This document shows, in pieces, positions 12,901-24,629 of a DNA stretch of 64,000 nt (positions are counted from its first letter, which is position 1; every line of letters begins with the position of its first letter). The position numbers and the translations under genes are program-made. The DNA comes from Antedon mediterranea. Its lineage: Eukaryota; Animalia; Echinodermata. Under the pieces are notes generated by a model. It ran no database searches. It worked only from the letters and a program-made list of their open reading frames with translations, and had not been told where the DNA came from. The stretch is from the NCBI RefSeq assembly GCF_964355755.1, contig NC_092673.1, positions 16,799,648-16,863,647 on the forward strand, written 5' to 3'.

Positions 12901-15900
12901 ATCAACCAAACTCCTAAACAATCTAAACCTAAAACGTTCTACAAAATCGGCTGTAAATATTGAAGCAAAACAAGGTCCGATCGCCGTCCACACGTATGGT
13001 GTCCCGATCGTCTAACTAAGTAGGCCTAAAATAAAATAGGCTTAGTTTACTCTCCAAAAAGCGGATACTCATGCATCAAGCAAGTAGACCAGGTAGTAGG
13101 AAGGAGACCTAGCCGATCCGGCCCAGTTAAAAATTGAGCTAGCTAGTGTAGTAGACCCTATGCGAATTGATACTACCAGGCCTTTTACTACAGGCTGCAC
13201 TACACAAATATTCCAACTCTCTCATTCGAGCTATATTAAGGCTGGTTTCCTGTCGACGTAAGAAGTCGAATTTTGCAACGATTCTTGCGTTTCATACGTT
13301 TCTTACGTCTCTTACGAAAGTTGAGAAAAAATTGACGTCGTTGACGTTAGTCAAGATCGTGTCGGGCCGCAGAGAAACATCTGTAGTTATGCTGCTCCCG
13401 AAAGTTGAAATTTTGGCTGTGAAACACACGTCGTATGCTTACGTCGATTTTAGTGTTGTTACGAAAGTTGAACATTTTTTTCTTACGTCGGTCGGATTTA
13501 TGACGTATTTGAAACAACATCTCTGATTGGTGTTTCTTTTTAGAGCGGGTTTTATCATTTTTCGCGCAAAATGTTGAATGTTGTTATTGTAGCCTACCTG
13601 TCAGTGCAGCACACCAACATGTTATTTTCAGTAGATAAGCTAGGCCAGTATTAGTAAAATACTTAATTAATACTGTACGGTACCGTACTAATAGGAATTG
13701 ATTTGACCAAATAATCAAACTAGCCTAGGCTAGAAGGCCTATGTATTATTTGTATGAATCAAAATATGAATTAATTATCCTGGCCCTCTAGGCCTAGCCT
13801 TAAATAGTTTTCAAAATTAAAAAAAGGCAAATCATTTCGAGATTCCTATTATTATTAGACCTACCTAGGCCCTAAACTAGGCATTGGCCTATTGGCCTAT
13901 AAGCATATCTAATCGAGCATGAGATAGTAGGCCTACTACCGCAGTAAGATACCCATTATTTACAGGCCTATAATCTATATATAAATTTACGTAAGGGCAA
14001 AATTCGGTAAATCGCGCTTTACTTCTAGAATTTTTACTCGATGGTATATAAAGTTGGTTCGTACTTTCGGTACTGATTTTAACCACCTGATGTAACCCTG
14101 TTTACTAATTAAATTAAGTTAGATAATTAGTTATTGACGATTAAAACGAATTTAGGTTCAATGATTTGCCCCAAATAGGGGTGTTTTCCGATCGTGGTAT
14201 ACACTGTCTAATAATGGATGTCCATCTTGAAAAATACCCGCTACAAAAATGCGAGGAGGCTTCGCATTTTCCAATCTCCTCCTACGATAATTGTTTTTAA
14301 TAGCTGAAAACCGGTTGAACAGCTAGAGTACAGCATCATAATGTTGAAGACAGGCCGATTTTCTTTAAAAAATACTATTTTGATTTAATATACGATTATA
14401 CAAATGTATTGATTTGCGATGAATGGAACATCCCAATCTCATACAGTCTGCCAGAGTTTGGTTTAAAAAAAGTAGGTAAATTTATGAGCCCTTGGTTTAA
14501 CACATACGGTAGGTAAATATATGGGCCCTTTGAGAATAAACTTGAACAATACTGTAAATACATAATTACCTATTTTTGGTCCTCATTTGAATCGAACATT
14601 TCTTACTGTGAATGTTCGTACTGTTAGATGTAATATAAAAATATATACAAATAAACTTATTACTGAGATTGTGGATAGGCTCTACTGTTAGATATATAAA
14701 CACATTATTATATACAAATAAACTATACTGACAGTTCCTTCTCAACGTTTGTATTAATTAATAATTACCAAAAATATAAACGTCGTAGTGGTGTATCGTG
14801 ACTATATTTCAATCGATTATGACAGTGACAAAGTATTAAATCGCAAATGTTTTACTGTATTTAGAGGTATATTATTTATAGGCCTATAAAACATGAAAAA
14901 AATATTTCGTTACTGAGTGCATAAAGAATATATTTAAAAATTGTTCCTCTTTGCACCTATCCGCTTTCCCATCCCTCAACCCTAAAACTCCCTGATTAGA
15001 ACATGATTAGGCTAAAATTATAGTAGTAAATACATACAAATGTTATTGTCCGGCTTTATTTCACTATAAGGACATACACATTACGTCATAACTCTTGTCG
15101 CTCATTGGTTGCTTGTTACGATTGCGCTTACGTCTCTTGCGAAAGTTGACTTCAAGTCAACTTTCGTAAGAGACGTAAGAAACGTGACGCAAGGGCGTTC
15201 ATTCAAGCGTAAGATAAAAAATCCCGGTTTCCTGTAAAATCGGAAGAAAACGTCGTAACGCAACAATTGTTAGGTCATCGGTTTCCTGTAAAATCGTTTG
15301 TCGTTACCATTTTTCTTACGTTGCGTCGATTTTATAAATTTTCGATCGTAATCGGTTTCCTGTAAAATCCGCATTTCTTACGACAAATCGACGTAGTCGC
15401 AACAAAAGTGATGTTCTTACGTCGACAGGAAACCAGCCTTTATCTATACCATTCCGGTAGGTCGAGTCGACCTTCAATCAAATACTGTACATCGTTCATG
15501 TTGTGATTATAGACTCGACCCGACCAGTTTGGTATTGTTGTATCTGCTTATCACGTGATGATGCCAGGCATGGGCAGCAGAGAGAGCACGTGTATCGTCG
15601 TCGTCTCGCTCGATCCTCAGCAGGAATGTACAGTATACGTTACGCTTCATTGATTTTGATTTTTCCCTAAGTCGGTGCGAAAATCGGCAAACGTAAAGTG
15701 CAAACATATCTAATTTTTCACTGTTTTGATGAATTTTCATAAAAAATTGACTTTATAAATGGGAAGACCGACTAAAATTACATCAGATAAGTATAATTTT
15801 ACAAAAGTAATTGATATGGTTAATGATAACGAGCCGTCGGAAGATGGACCATTTCACGAATTTCCTATTTTGTAACCACAGTGTGATTTTGCCGTAGCTG

Positions 15901-18900
15901 CACTTGTAATCTGGCCTGATTTCACAGCCTTCGTTCTGCTTCACTGGGCGCTTATATAAATTGAAACTTTTACCGTTCAAGAGACAAACAAATATATTTT
16001 ACATTTTTTACTATTCATTTTAAACCGGGAACCCCCCTTTAAGCCTCGTTCCTACTATTACGAGGTACGAGCCATAAGGGGTCAAGCTCAACCCTACTAG
16101 CCTAGCTAGTACTAAGGGATTGCTCACCGGGATTGCTCAGAGTGAGTGAGTGGCCGAGCGGTTAAGACAGTGGAACCGTAATTACGTAGCCATAACATCG
16201 GCAAGGGTTCAAGGACAAGGCTCACTCGCTCCATGGTTCTGGTGGTAGAACGAGTCTTCTCGGATAAGGACTATAAACCGTAGGTCCAGTGTACACATAG
16301 TACATCTTTCGAGACAAGTAGGGGATTACCCCGGTGTACTAGTCCACACAAACACCGGTCAGTCTAATTACCGAAAACAACCATAAATAAAATAATCTAA
16401 ATACCGAAAACAAATTTGTATAATATTTTTTAAATGTCGCCCTCTATTAGTGGGTGTTTCTAAATCTAAGACCATAACAGAGACAAAACCGCGCGCGCAA
16501 ATGCCAAGGAAGACCCTACGATGGTAGTGTGCACAAAATACAACTAAAAATCGTGCAATCAATCAATGATAACATCGCATTTACTTACAGAATCTATAAA
16601 AATATTTAAATTTTAGTCTTTTGATTTTTGATCCAGAAACCAGCGCATTAGCCATTACTCCTTACAATAATTGTGAATATGTTAATCCATAGTATAGAAA
16701 GTAAATTGACTATGATTAATCATGATCAATTTAATTTTCAAAGATAATTATACAAAGATACTAGGGACTATAAAGTATACTTAAAACAAGCTCACTATAA
16801 AGGATTCACAATAAAATCTATTCAGTAAAATTACCGTAGGCGAGTAAATAACGTTTTTATCCTTAATCGCTTCAGTATTCACTTAAGTGACGAAAATCGG
16901 GGACGAAAACGCAAAGTTAGGTAAAATCATGCTTTGTTTTTGAAAAGACTAAAAACGAAATGTGTTTATAGATTTTGTAAGTAAATGTAGTCTACGGTGT
17001 ATTTCATTGAATTAGTACGATTTTGAGTTGTATTTTGTGCACACTTGCACACTACCATTTCTTAGGGTCTTCCATGACTTTTGCGCCTCTGTATGGTCTT
17101 AGCTTTAGAAACACCCATCAATAGGGGGCGACATTAAAAAAAATATTATACAAAATTTGTTTTCGGTATTTAGATTTTTTTTATTTTTTTAACGGTTTGT
17201 TTTCGGTTGTTTTCGGTAATTAGACTGACCTGTTGGTCCAGATCCTTCACTAACTGAGTTAGTGAGAAGTCGAATAAATTAAAAAAAAAAAAAATTGCCA
17301 TACATACACACCAACGGAATTAAGGTACGTTTAGTCCTACCTAGGCTGGCCTGTGTGTTTATCACTACCAGCAGCCACACATTGAAGTAGACTACTTTGT
17401 ACTCTTCTGTGTATAATCCTACATCTCGGTTACCAGGGGGCAAGAGACCAGTCCCGCCTAAAAGGTAAGCTAGTACGCCTTGTGTAATAATAGTAGTACC
17501 ATTGCACTCTCAGCCGATTCACAACAATGGCCTCTGTGTCAGGAGGATACGAATTATCTGATATGAAAGATTTTATTTACTATTGGTAAACCTTGACCAT
17601 GTGCCCTAAAGACATAGAATTAAATAAAAGTAAAAAGAGAAAATTGGCCTTCAATTTGATATCAATGGTAGTAAATCCAAATTTTTTGGAATTCTATACT
17701 TAAACAACCATTCTAAAATTGAGACTGTATTGTGTATTTCAGGAGGTGATTGAAGAACATGAACAATATAACGAGCAGTGTATGCAACCATCAGTAGATA
17801 TACTTGTAATTAATAAAGACATGAAAATTACTGTTAAAGTAGAAGACGGGAAATGGGATTTTCAGGATAATGTGAAAGTAAAATATAATAGTGCAAATTA
17901 AAAAATAAGAATATAAATTACTATTACACAAGTTATATCAGTATAACTTTTTTTAAATAATATAAATTAAAAAAATAAAGAGTATAATGATCAAGCCCTT
18001 TGATATGGTTTCTATTGTTCTAGACTATCCCTGCTGACTACATATGGGGCCCGTGGGGTCAAAGACCACACATGAGATTTGAATTGCAAAGTAAATCGGA
18101 AAATCTTTTAAATGCAACAATAGAATGGTCACAAGAGGACAACAAAACTCATTCAATAAAAGTGATTGGTATGTATTTAAAATGGTATGGTACAATTTAT
18201 GTAACAAATAAAGTCTACAATTGATGTAATAAATGAAAATGGAAGTGATTAAACAAACATCAGACATGTTCTTTCTCTCTTAACATTGCTTTTTGAACAA
18301 AGTTTTCATCTAATGCAAGTGACCTCTAAGTTTGATAACCACTCAAGTGGATGTTTAGAATGGAACAAATTTGAAAATGGGCCATGTATTGTCAGTGATT
18401 GAAAATGGCACTCAAATGTCACACTAAATTTACATGTACACATAATTGGTTCAGTACTGTTGTACCATGCCAAACTTTATTTACTTGCAATTTAATTTAT
18501 TTATTTTTTTCAGAAAATCCAGAAAATCCATGGTAAGTAGTAATGTAATGGTAATGTAACCACACCCACAGTAACTCAGCAACACCAATTGTTGTTAAAT
18601 GTGTAAATTGGCAACAAAAGAATGAGTTGTACCACTAGTCTTTGTTACTGATTTATTTCTGAAAATGTTTTAAATTAAAAGTGTTAGCAATAAGTCATGA
18701 TTAGTACAAGTATGATTTATTAACGTTTTAAATATGTGTACCTTTTCATTTCTAGTCTGAAATATATGAAGTCTTGTTGGAGGTTTATAAAAGGTATTTA
18801 ACTTTTCTTATTTTTGTTAGCTCAGTGTCTGTAAGTTGTGCTTAAAGACTGGATGTAGTTTGTAAGAAATATATTTTCTTTAAATTTAACTATAAATTAT

Positions 18901-19706
18901 TTTAAGCTAATTTTAGTAAGTCGTGTAACTGAGGCCTTGGGTCAGGGGGCTCAAAGATAATAATTTTCAGTTACTAATTTATCGCCTGGTGTAATACCTT
19001 TCCTTAAAAAAAATATGTAAGAAAACTTTGAAAAATGGAGCTTATAGGTCCCTGAAAATTGTCTCCAGAGAATTTTTTTAATAGAGGTGCTGCCAGAAAT
19101 TACAATTATACTTTTATTTGAAAATGTCAGGCTATGCTGGAAAGAAAAATAGGCCTGATTTTAGATACACTGCAACCAATTAGTAACTGTTTGACTACGA
19201 CTAGGCAATAGTATTTACATGTTTTCGCTGATAGCGTCTGGGAATTTCCTTTTTAAAATCAGCGAGACAGTTGCAATCTATGCTGTCACAGCTTATATAA
19301 TACTTGGTACTTGTACAAGTAATAATACATAATTTCCTTTTCCTTCTCCCTTCTTTGACTTCCCTCACCTTTCCTTTCTTTTTTCTACCCAGCCCAGAAA
19401 AATCCTTCAGAGAACCCCTTTTAATAGTAACAAATCTAAATGAAAGATCTTTAAAAGCTCAATCAAAAATATTTTTGTTCTACTTTGATTTCAGAACACT
19501 GGTGGATAGTTACTGGATTTTTTTGTTGTCTACTTGTAATCACTGTAATCTTGCTGATTTGCTTTCCTAAAGCACAAGGAATAATTGGCTTAGGTGCTAC
19601 TTTTGTGCTTGGTAGTGGTGTTCCATTAATCAGGTATATGCATAAAAAAATGACTCATGCTCAGCAGTCGGAAAACACAACGCCAGGCAGACAGGCAACA
19701 GTCTAA
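6939..19706 (+). CDS. Spliced host gene (5' end upstream of the window): 2TM module - ZU5 - UPA - 2TM module; UNC5C-like/FIIND-like membrane protein
   Basis: Exons 6939-6975, 7332-7360, 8030-8215, 8465-8997, 17743-17877, 18024-18168, 18514-18532, 18756-18793 and 19495-19706. All splice sites are AG/GT with matching phases (1,2,1,1,0,0,1,2,1), and the joined frame is open to the TAA at 19704-19706. AATAAA follows at about 19872. Confidence 0.8.
7585..7861 (+). mobile_element. Candidate short Helitron-like element
   Basis: Starts A|TCTATATTATAAG with a GTTT-rich segment and ends CTAG|T. The 3' hairpin is weak. Confidence 0.35.
8030..8215 (+). CDS. Exon encoding the first 'EHWW' two-transmembrane hairpin (missed by the ORF track)
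   Basis: ctttcag|AG CAC TGG TGG ... GAA G|gtagg translates to EHWWIFCSFLVAVFAISICVLPTRIAIGIWLLLVGIIWFLHDKVTKYQ. It is 186 nt, phase 1-1, and paralogous to the terminal exon. Confidence 0.8.
8465..8997 (+). CDS. ZU5 domain exon plus the start of UPA
   Basis: ZU5 motifs SSEGGTLHL..IKLVIPPGAI and IISPIVKCGPEGTVFHKPCLLSFRHS, ending in SLNHFC. Acceptor tgcag| and donor aaag|gtaatt. Confidence 0.92.
9017..9416. mobile_element. MITE with imperfect TIRs
   Basis: TAGAGAGGTTTTGC..GATAACGAAAACGGATAC versus GTATCCGTTTTCGTTATC..CCAAAACCTCCCTA. Confidence 0.65.
10324..12533. mobile_element. Non-autonomous PIF/Harbinger element, copy A
   Basis: TIR AGGCTGGTTTCCTGTCGACGTAAG at both ends, TSD TAA/TAA. Contains a Helitron-derived internal segment. 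Confidence 0.92.
13239..15439. mobile_element. Non-autonomous PIF/Harbinger element, copy B
   Basis: Same TIRs, TSD TTA/TTA, nearly identical to copy A. Confidence 0.92.
16142..17294 (+). mobile_element. tRNA-derived SINE with a Deu/Nin-type central domain, interrupted by a foldback MITE
   Basis: A-box TGGCCGAGCGG (16151) and B-box-like GGTTCAAG. Deu/Nin-like TCGGATAAGGACTATAAACCGTAGGTCC and AGTAGGGGATTACCCCGGTGT. AATAAA plus poly(A) at 17281-17294. Confidence 0.75.
16355..17232. mobile_element. Foldback MITE with long imperfect TIRs
   Basis: CCGGTCAGTCTAATTACCGAAAACAA ... TTGTTTTCGGTAATTAGACTGACCTG. The inverted similarity extends for more than 200 bp; no clear TSD. Confidence 0.8.
17743..18168 (+). 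CDS. Two UPA-like domain exons (17743-17877, 18024-18168)
   Basis: EVIEEHEQY..MKITVKVEDGKWDFQDNVK|TIPADYIWGPWGQRPHMRFELQS resembles the UNC5 UPA segment EIPFYHIWSG...HCTFTLER. Canonical splice sites, in phase. Confidence 0.75.
19495..19706 (+). CDS. Terminal exon encoding the second 'EHWW' two-transmembrane hairpin and a short tail
   Basis: EHWWIVTGFFCCLLVITVILLICFPKAQGIIGLGATFVLGSGVPLIRYMHKK..ATV*. The acceptor tttcag| is in phase with the preceding micro-exon. Confidence 0.8.
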
Positions 19707-20125
19707 ACAGTCTAAGAACAATAGAATGACATTCAATGGTCTGTATGTATAAATACATCATGTCATATTATAAATTTTAAATGCAAAGAAAGAACTTGCA
19801 AGAATGCAAAGATAGATGTGAAATTAAAAGTTTGTGAAAAAGTCAACACAGTTGATTGTAAGAACAAAAATAATAAAATGAATGAATGGTGTCGTGACAT
19901 GAAAAAAAAACATTCCAAAATTGTAAATAAGTAGAATAAGTACAGTAGTAGTATAGCTTTTATTTCTTTGTAATATAAAACGCTATAAAAAGAACAAAAA
20001 AAAATACTATACAAAAATTACAAGAGGTCAGTATCATATATGTGTAAAATACTGACAGGATTGTGAAGCTTGTCATAATGATGTATGGCTAAAAGCTCTA
20101 GAGGGTTTAATTTGAAAGCATCTAA

Positions 20126-20770
20126 GGTCCTGTTTCTGCTGCACAAAAACAATCGGTTAAAAACGGTGTGATAAATTAACTCCAATTTCTTGGGAGCAGA
20201 AACAGGACAATTTTATGGAAACAGGTTAAAAGGCATCGCAAAATAACCGGTTAAAAACACCCAGTCAATTCGGTGTTTTAACCGGTTATCGCTGAGCAAT
20301 TTTTTTTTTTTACACTGCAGTAACGTTAGAATTAACCACCAGGACCAATTGCATTTTGGGTAATTCTAACGACCACCCACTGATTTAAATGTTAATTTTG
20401 GAGCAAAATATAAAATTACAGTTTTGAAATTATCGGTTTATTCAGCGCTATGCAGCAGAAACAAACCCTAAGGTCCTGTTTCTGTTAGATTATTAATGGT
20501 GTGAATAAACTAACCCCAATTACCCCCCAATAACCGGTTAAATGGCAGCCTTAAAATAACGGTTAAAAACAACTTTTAGCTGCAAAAACAGTTATTTGAT
20601 TGACAGCCTTTGACACTTTGATAACGTTTGAATTGACTGTTTGAGTACATTGCATTTTGGGTACTGAGAGTCCAAATTTAGCAGAAATGCAGTTAATATA
20701 AAATGTTTAATACGGGTTTAATATTTTAAAATAAATGATTTATTCTACGTTATGCAGAAGAAAGAGACCA
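20126..20770. mobile_element. Two related MITEs in tandem (20126-20468, 20472-20770), Harbinger-like
   Basis: Both begin TAA|GGTCCTGTTTCTG and end ATGCAG(C/A)AGAAA..|TAA. The central TAA is shared. Confidence 0.6.
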
Positions 20771-22669
20771 TAAGGAAACCAGAGAGTTTTTACTCCCTGG
20801 TAGTACATTGATTTCAAGTCCTAAATTGGACAAACAGATATGCTTGCTATTTTGTCTAGGTATCATACCATGTACAGTACATATAAATCAGTACTATTAT
20901 TATTGCTTATTACTAGTATTTAGTTACATAACAATAGAAGGCCCTACAATTTGCTTTTCATAGTCTGTATTGAAGTGACTGATTTATGCCTTTGGTTCCT
21001 CTAAGTTTTTCCTTTCCTTATTTAATTTCATTTGCTGTTAACTTGTTGTTTTTGTCTGCACCAGAAGGAGAGTACTCACATAGTGACTTCGTCACTTTTC
21101 TACAATCCGACTGGTGTCAGTTTTCTTTTGTTTTTATTTTTAATTGTATTATATGTCTTCTGGAAAATAAATGAATTGAATTGAATTGAATTTCAACAAT
21201 AACATGTAAATTAATGTCAGGTATCGAAAGTTTGTCATTTGTTGTGTCGTTTGGTGGCGTTGGAATGTAGACCTAATTTACATTCCATGAGTCACTCCCT
21301 TTATAATGATTGTGTAGCAGAGAGAAAACATTTTGTTATTCTTTTTTTTTATATATAATATTCATATGGTTGCTCACATTTAAAGTAGATTTTTAATTAT
21401 AATACTTAACTGTATAAAAACTCTACCTTGATGTTGTATTACTACAGTACTGGGGTGTACTTAGACTTGCCACAAGTCTGTATTTATTGTCTTTTTTATT
21501 TATTTTTTTTATTTCGATTTTTGTCTGAAGCTCAAGTAGTATACGTATGAAACGCCATATGTGCCAAAATATTTATTTGTTTACTAATTAGTAATATTAA
21601 GTCAAAACTCCGTCTGGAACCCAGACTAGGGTGTACTGTTTGATATCACTCTGTTAGCTGTATTGAATATGTTATATTTTATCCATAGTTGATTGACTTA
21701 ATGATAGTTTTCATTACATTGATTATAACATTCACATTAATAATTTATGATTATTTAGATTGTGGTTACCAAAGTGGTATTAATGACATCATTGATAATT
21801 ATCGTACCATGCTATGTAATTTTGATGCGTAAATGTACTGATATCTTATATTACTGTAATTTGTACTCTCAGTGTTTTCCTTATGTTTATAGATAAGCCA
21901 ATATGTATGCATACACATATTTTACAGAGAACGTAGAAAGTGAATAAAGTTATTTATGTGGCAACCAAAAACACAGTTTGGATCTTTTATTCTGTGATTT
22001 CCGTATCACTATATTGAGGAGAGCCTCACACGCTCATATATATGAGTTGAAGCAAACCCAAATAAATACAGATTGTTGAATATACCACGACAGTAATAAA
22101 GATTTCTTAAATAAAAATTGGTGGGAGAACAGAGCAGCCGACTAAGTTTTTATTGTGATGAGAAATGATACCATTATTGAAAAAAATGTTATTGAACTGA
22201 AATACTATAGTAACAATTTTTCGACATATTTGAAACAAACAATGCTTTTAATCTAAATTAATGTTTGATGAATTGTTTATACATTAGTGTTCAATTTTTT
22301 TGTACAGTACTAAATTATATTTTTTATGAATACATTTTATGATGTCTGTTTGTTGAAATGATTTGAAATGTTTTTTTCACTTTTAATAAAAATTTTGTAA
22401 ATTAAAACTCAATTCAGTGTTTATGCTGCTATTTAATGTTTATATACTTTTAATAAATACTAATGAATGAAAAACTTATTTGTTTATTTTTAAGGATAGT
22501 GTTTTTTGAAGGTGTAGATTTTAACATCGAGGAGATCATTATATCAAAATGTACGTGCTTAGCTATTGTTAAAAATTCATTGTATATTATAGGAATAATA
22601 TCCATTTCACCAATGTTCGATTTTACACAGCTATAATGTGTTACGTACACAAATGGTGATTGCGCCCTC

Positions 22670-22756
22670 TATAAAAAATAAAGTTTATTCACTCCAACAA
22701 ACCATTGTACTCTCGCAACATGTTATCCTAAGAATGTCAACACACAAGAAGTAAGT
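22670..22756 (+). promoter_or_regulatory. Possible TATA box and non-coding first exon
   Basis: TATAAAA at 22670, Inr-like TCACTC at 22689 and a strong donor GAA|GTAAGT at 22751. The TATA-Inr spacing is short. Confidence 0.25.
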
Positions 22757-23156
22757 TTTTGTTTCATATTTGGCATACCATATCATATACGGAATTCTTT
22801 ATACTGCATTATTTTAATGGCAGATCTTTCTTCTTTTAATTTTTTGGATCTTATATTCGTATCCTAGGCTAGGCCTAGCCTAATACTACTCTCTACTCTA
22901 GCCTAGGCCTAGCTAGGCTATATTGCTAGGCTAGGTAGGCTAGGCCTAGGCCTACTACCTCTAGCCATGCTCTCGCTAACAAAGGCCTACTACTACTAGC
23001 CTAGGCTTTTAACCCTAGCTAGGCCTACTACTTGATAGTACTATAGTAGGCCTAGTAGAGTAGTAGGCATGGAGGAAGTCTCCACAACTTGTTGTTAGTT
23101 AAGAGATAACAGACGTCAACTGCATTGGATTGGATTGGTCCTCAGACGAAGCAGGT

Positions 23157-24071
23157 CAAGTCGGCCCTAAACCGTCTCGGCCAAAGTCAAGTCGGCCCCA
23201 CGTCAAGTCGGCCCCACGTCAAGTCGGCCCCACGTCAAGTCGGCCCCACGTCAAGTCGGCCCCACGTCAAGTCGGCCCCACGTCAAGTCGGCCTCAAGTC
23301 AACTCGGCCAAAAACTAATTGGTCAACTCGGCCACAATAAAGTATGGAACGCAAAAAGTGCTTACGGTAATATTATTATGATTCTTACTAGCCTATCCAC
23401 GCTTTAAAAAAAATAAAGAAATAAAAAAAATAATATAATTAAATAATATATAAAAAAATGAACTCATTGCCGATATGAATATAAGTACCCGCGTGTTACA
23501 AAAACACGTGCAGGTACCGCATTTTAGTAAATCGAACACGGAGGCCTACGTTCCACCATTTGGCCATAGAAAAAATGATCGTACATATCGTTTTTGTCCA
23601 TGATTTGCTTTTTAAAAAAAGGGGAATCCCCGGTCAGTGAAAACACGCAGCAGTTGTAGATATCGAAAAAGCTGCCAAAGGCGCAGGGAGGCGCAGCTAC
23701 GAATTGTTTTCAATTGTGCAATTTGAAATTTTATTAAACGTAAATAAAGAAAAGTTGGTGAAATCATTCCTATTTTTTTGCTAAATATATTATATTGTCT
23801 AAATATTAATATTCATTAAAAGTCAGAATTATTTATAGTTAAAAAATTGTGAAGAAATATTATTTATCAATCCCCTTCATTTGCACTTTTTGCGTTCCAT
23901 ATTTTAACGGGGCTGAGTTGACCGATTATTTTTTGGCCGAGTTGACGTGAGGCCGAGTTGACTTGAGGCCGAGTTGACTTGGGGCCGAGTTGACTTGGGG
24001 CCGACTTGACTTGGGGCCGACTTGACTTGGGGCCGACTTGACTTTGGCCGAGACGGTTTAGGGCCGACTTG
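23157..24071. mobile_element. Non-autonomous TIR element with subterminal 16-bp tandem repeats
   Basis: CAAGTCGGCCCTAAACCGTCTCGGCCAAA followed by (GTCAAGTCGGCCCCAC)n at the left, with the inverted counterpart at 23930-24071. TSD unclear. Confidence 0.85.
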
Positions 24072-24629
24072 GATCGAAATCACGTAAACACATGGATGAG
24101 GATGTTTTAACGTTCATGCTCGACTCATTGAGGAGATCAGGGTTAACATTTTTTTTAAAAGCCACAAAAAAAGTAGAACAAAAGCAGAGAGTCGACCCTG
24201 CAACCCCTGCCTCTGGGGCTATACCCTTATCAATACACCAAGCCATCCATCTCGTTGGTCGAATCGGGTTTTACTTTGTATATGAATGGAGAAAAAATAT
24301 ATTATATGTAAGCTTTTTAACCAACCAATCAGAACTTAGTTGACGTCGTTTCTATACTTGTATAACCACATAACAAACAGGCCTTCCATTGGGTTTCCCT
24401 GATCTCACAACAAGCATTCAAACACAGCGTTGTGGTCTTTCATTTAAAAAAAAACATAGTGTGGTGGTCTTTTGTGTTCATGATGCATCAAACAACTACA
24501 ATGCACTGTAAAGTTTGACGTGATGCGTAAAAAACTACTGAACTTTTCTATTTAATACTGAAATTTACTTTAACAATTTGAGAACTTGCAATGCACATGA
24601 AAGAGTATGACAGTGGACCTATCTAATCT

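Larger units (their letters stand above)
10067..16038. mobile_element. Non-autonomous Kolobok-like element (about 1.55 kb when empty) carrying two Harbinger insertions
   Basis: TTAA|AGGGGGATTCTGGGTTTAAA ... TTTAAACCGGGAACCCCCCT|TTAA. A TTAA TSD with AG..CT termini is typical of Kolobok. Confidence 0.75.

Noticed and set aside
9775-16100. Outer Helitron-like element enclosing the Kolobok-like element
   Set aside because: A TCTATAATAAT start and GGGT..ACCC-TACTAG end are suggestive, but the A|TC and CTAG|T junctions are not clean.
16142-16232. tRNA gene
   Set aside because: The B-box region is disrupted and the sequence continues into a SINE body and poly(A) tail.
23125-23340. Repetitive Ser/Arg/Pro-rich ORFs
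   Set aside because: They are translations of the 16-bp subterminal repeats of a TIR element.
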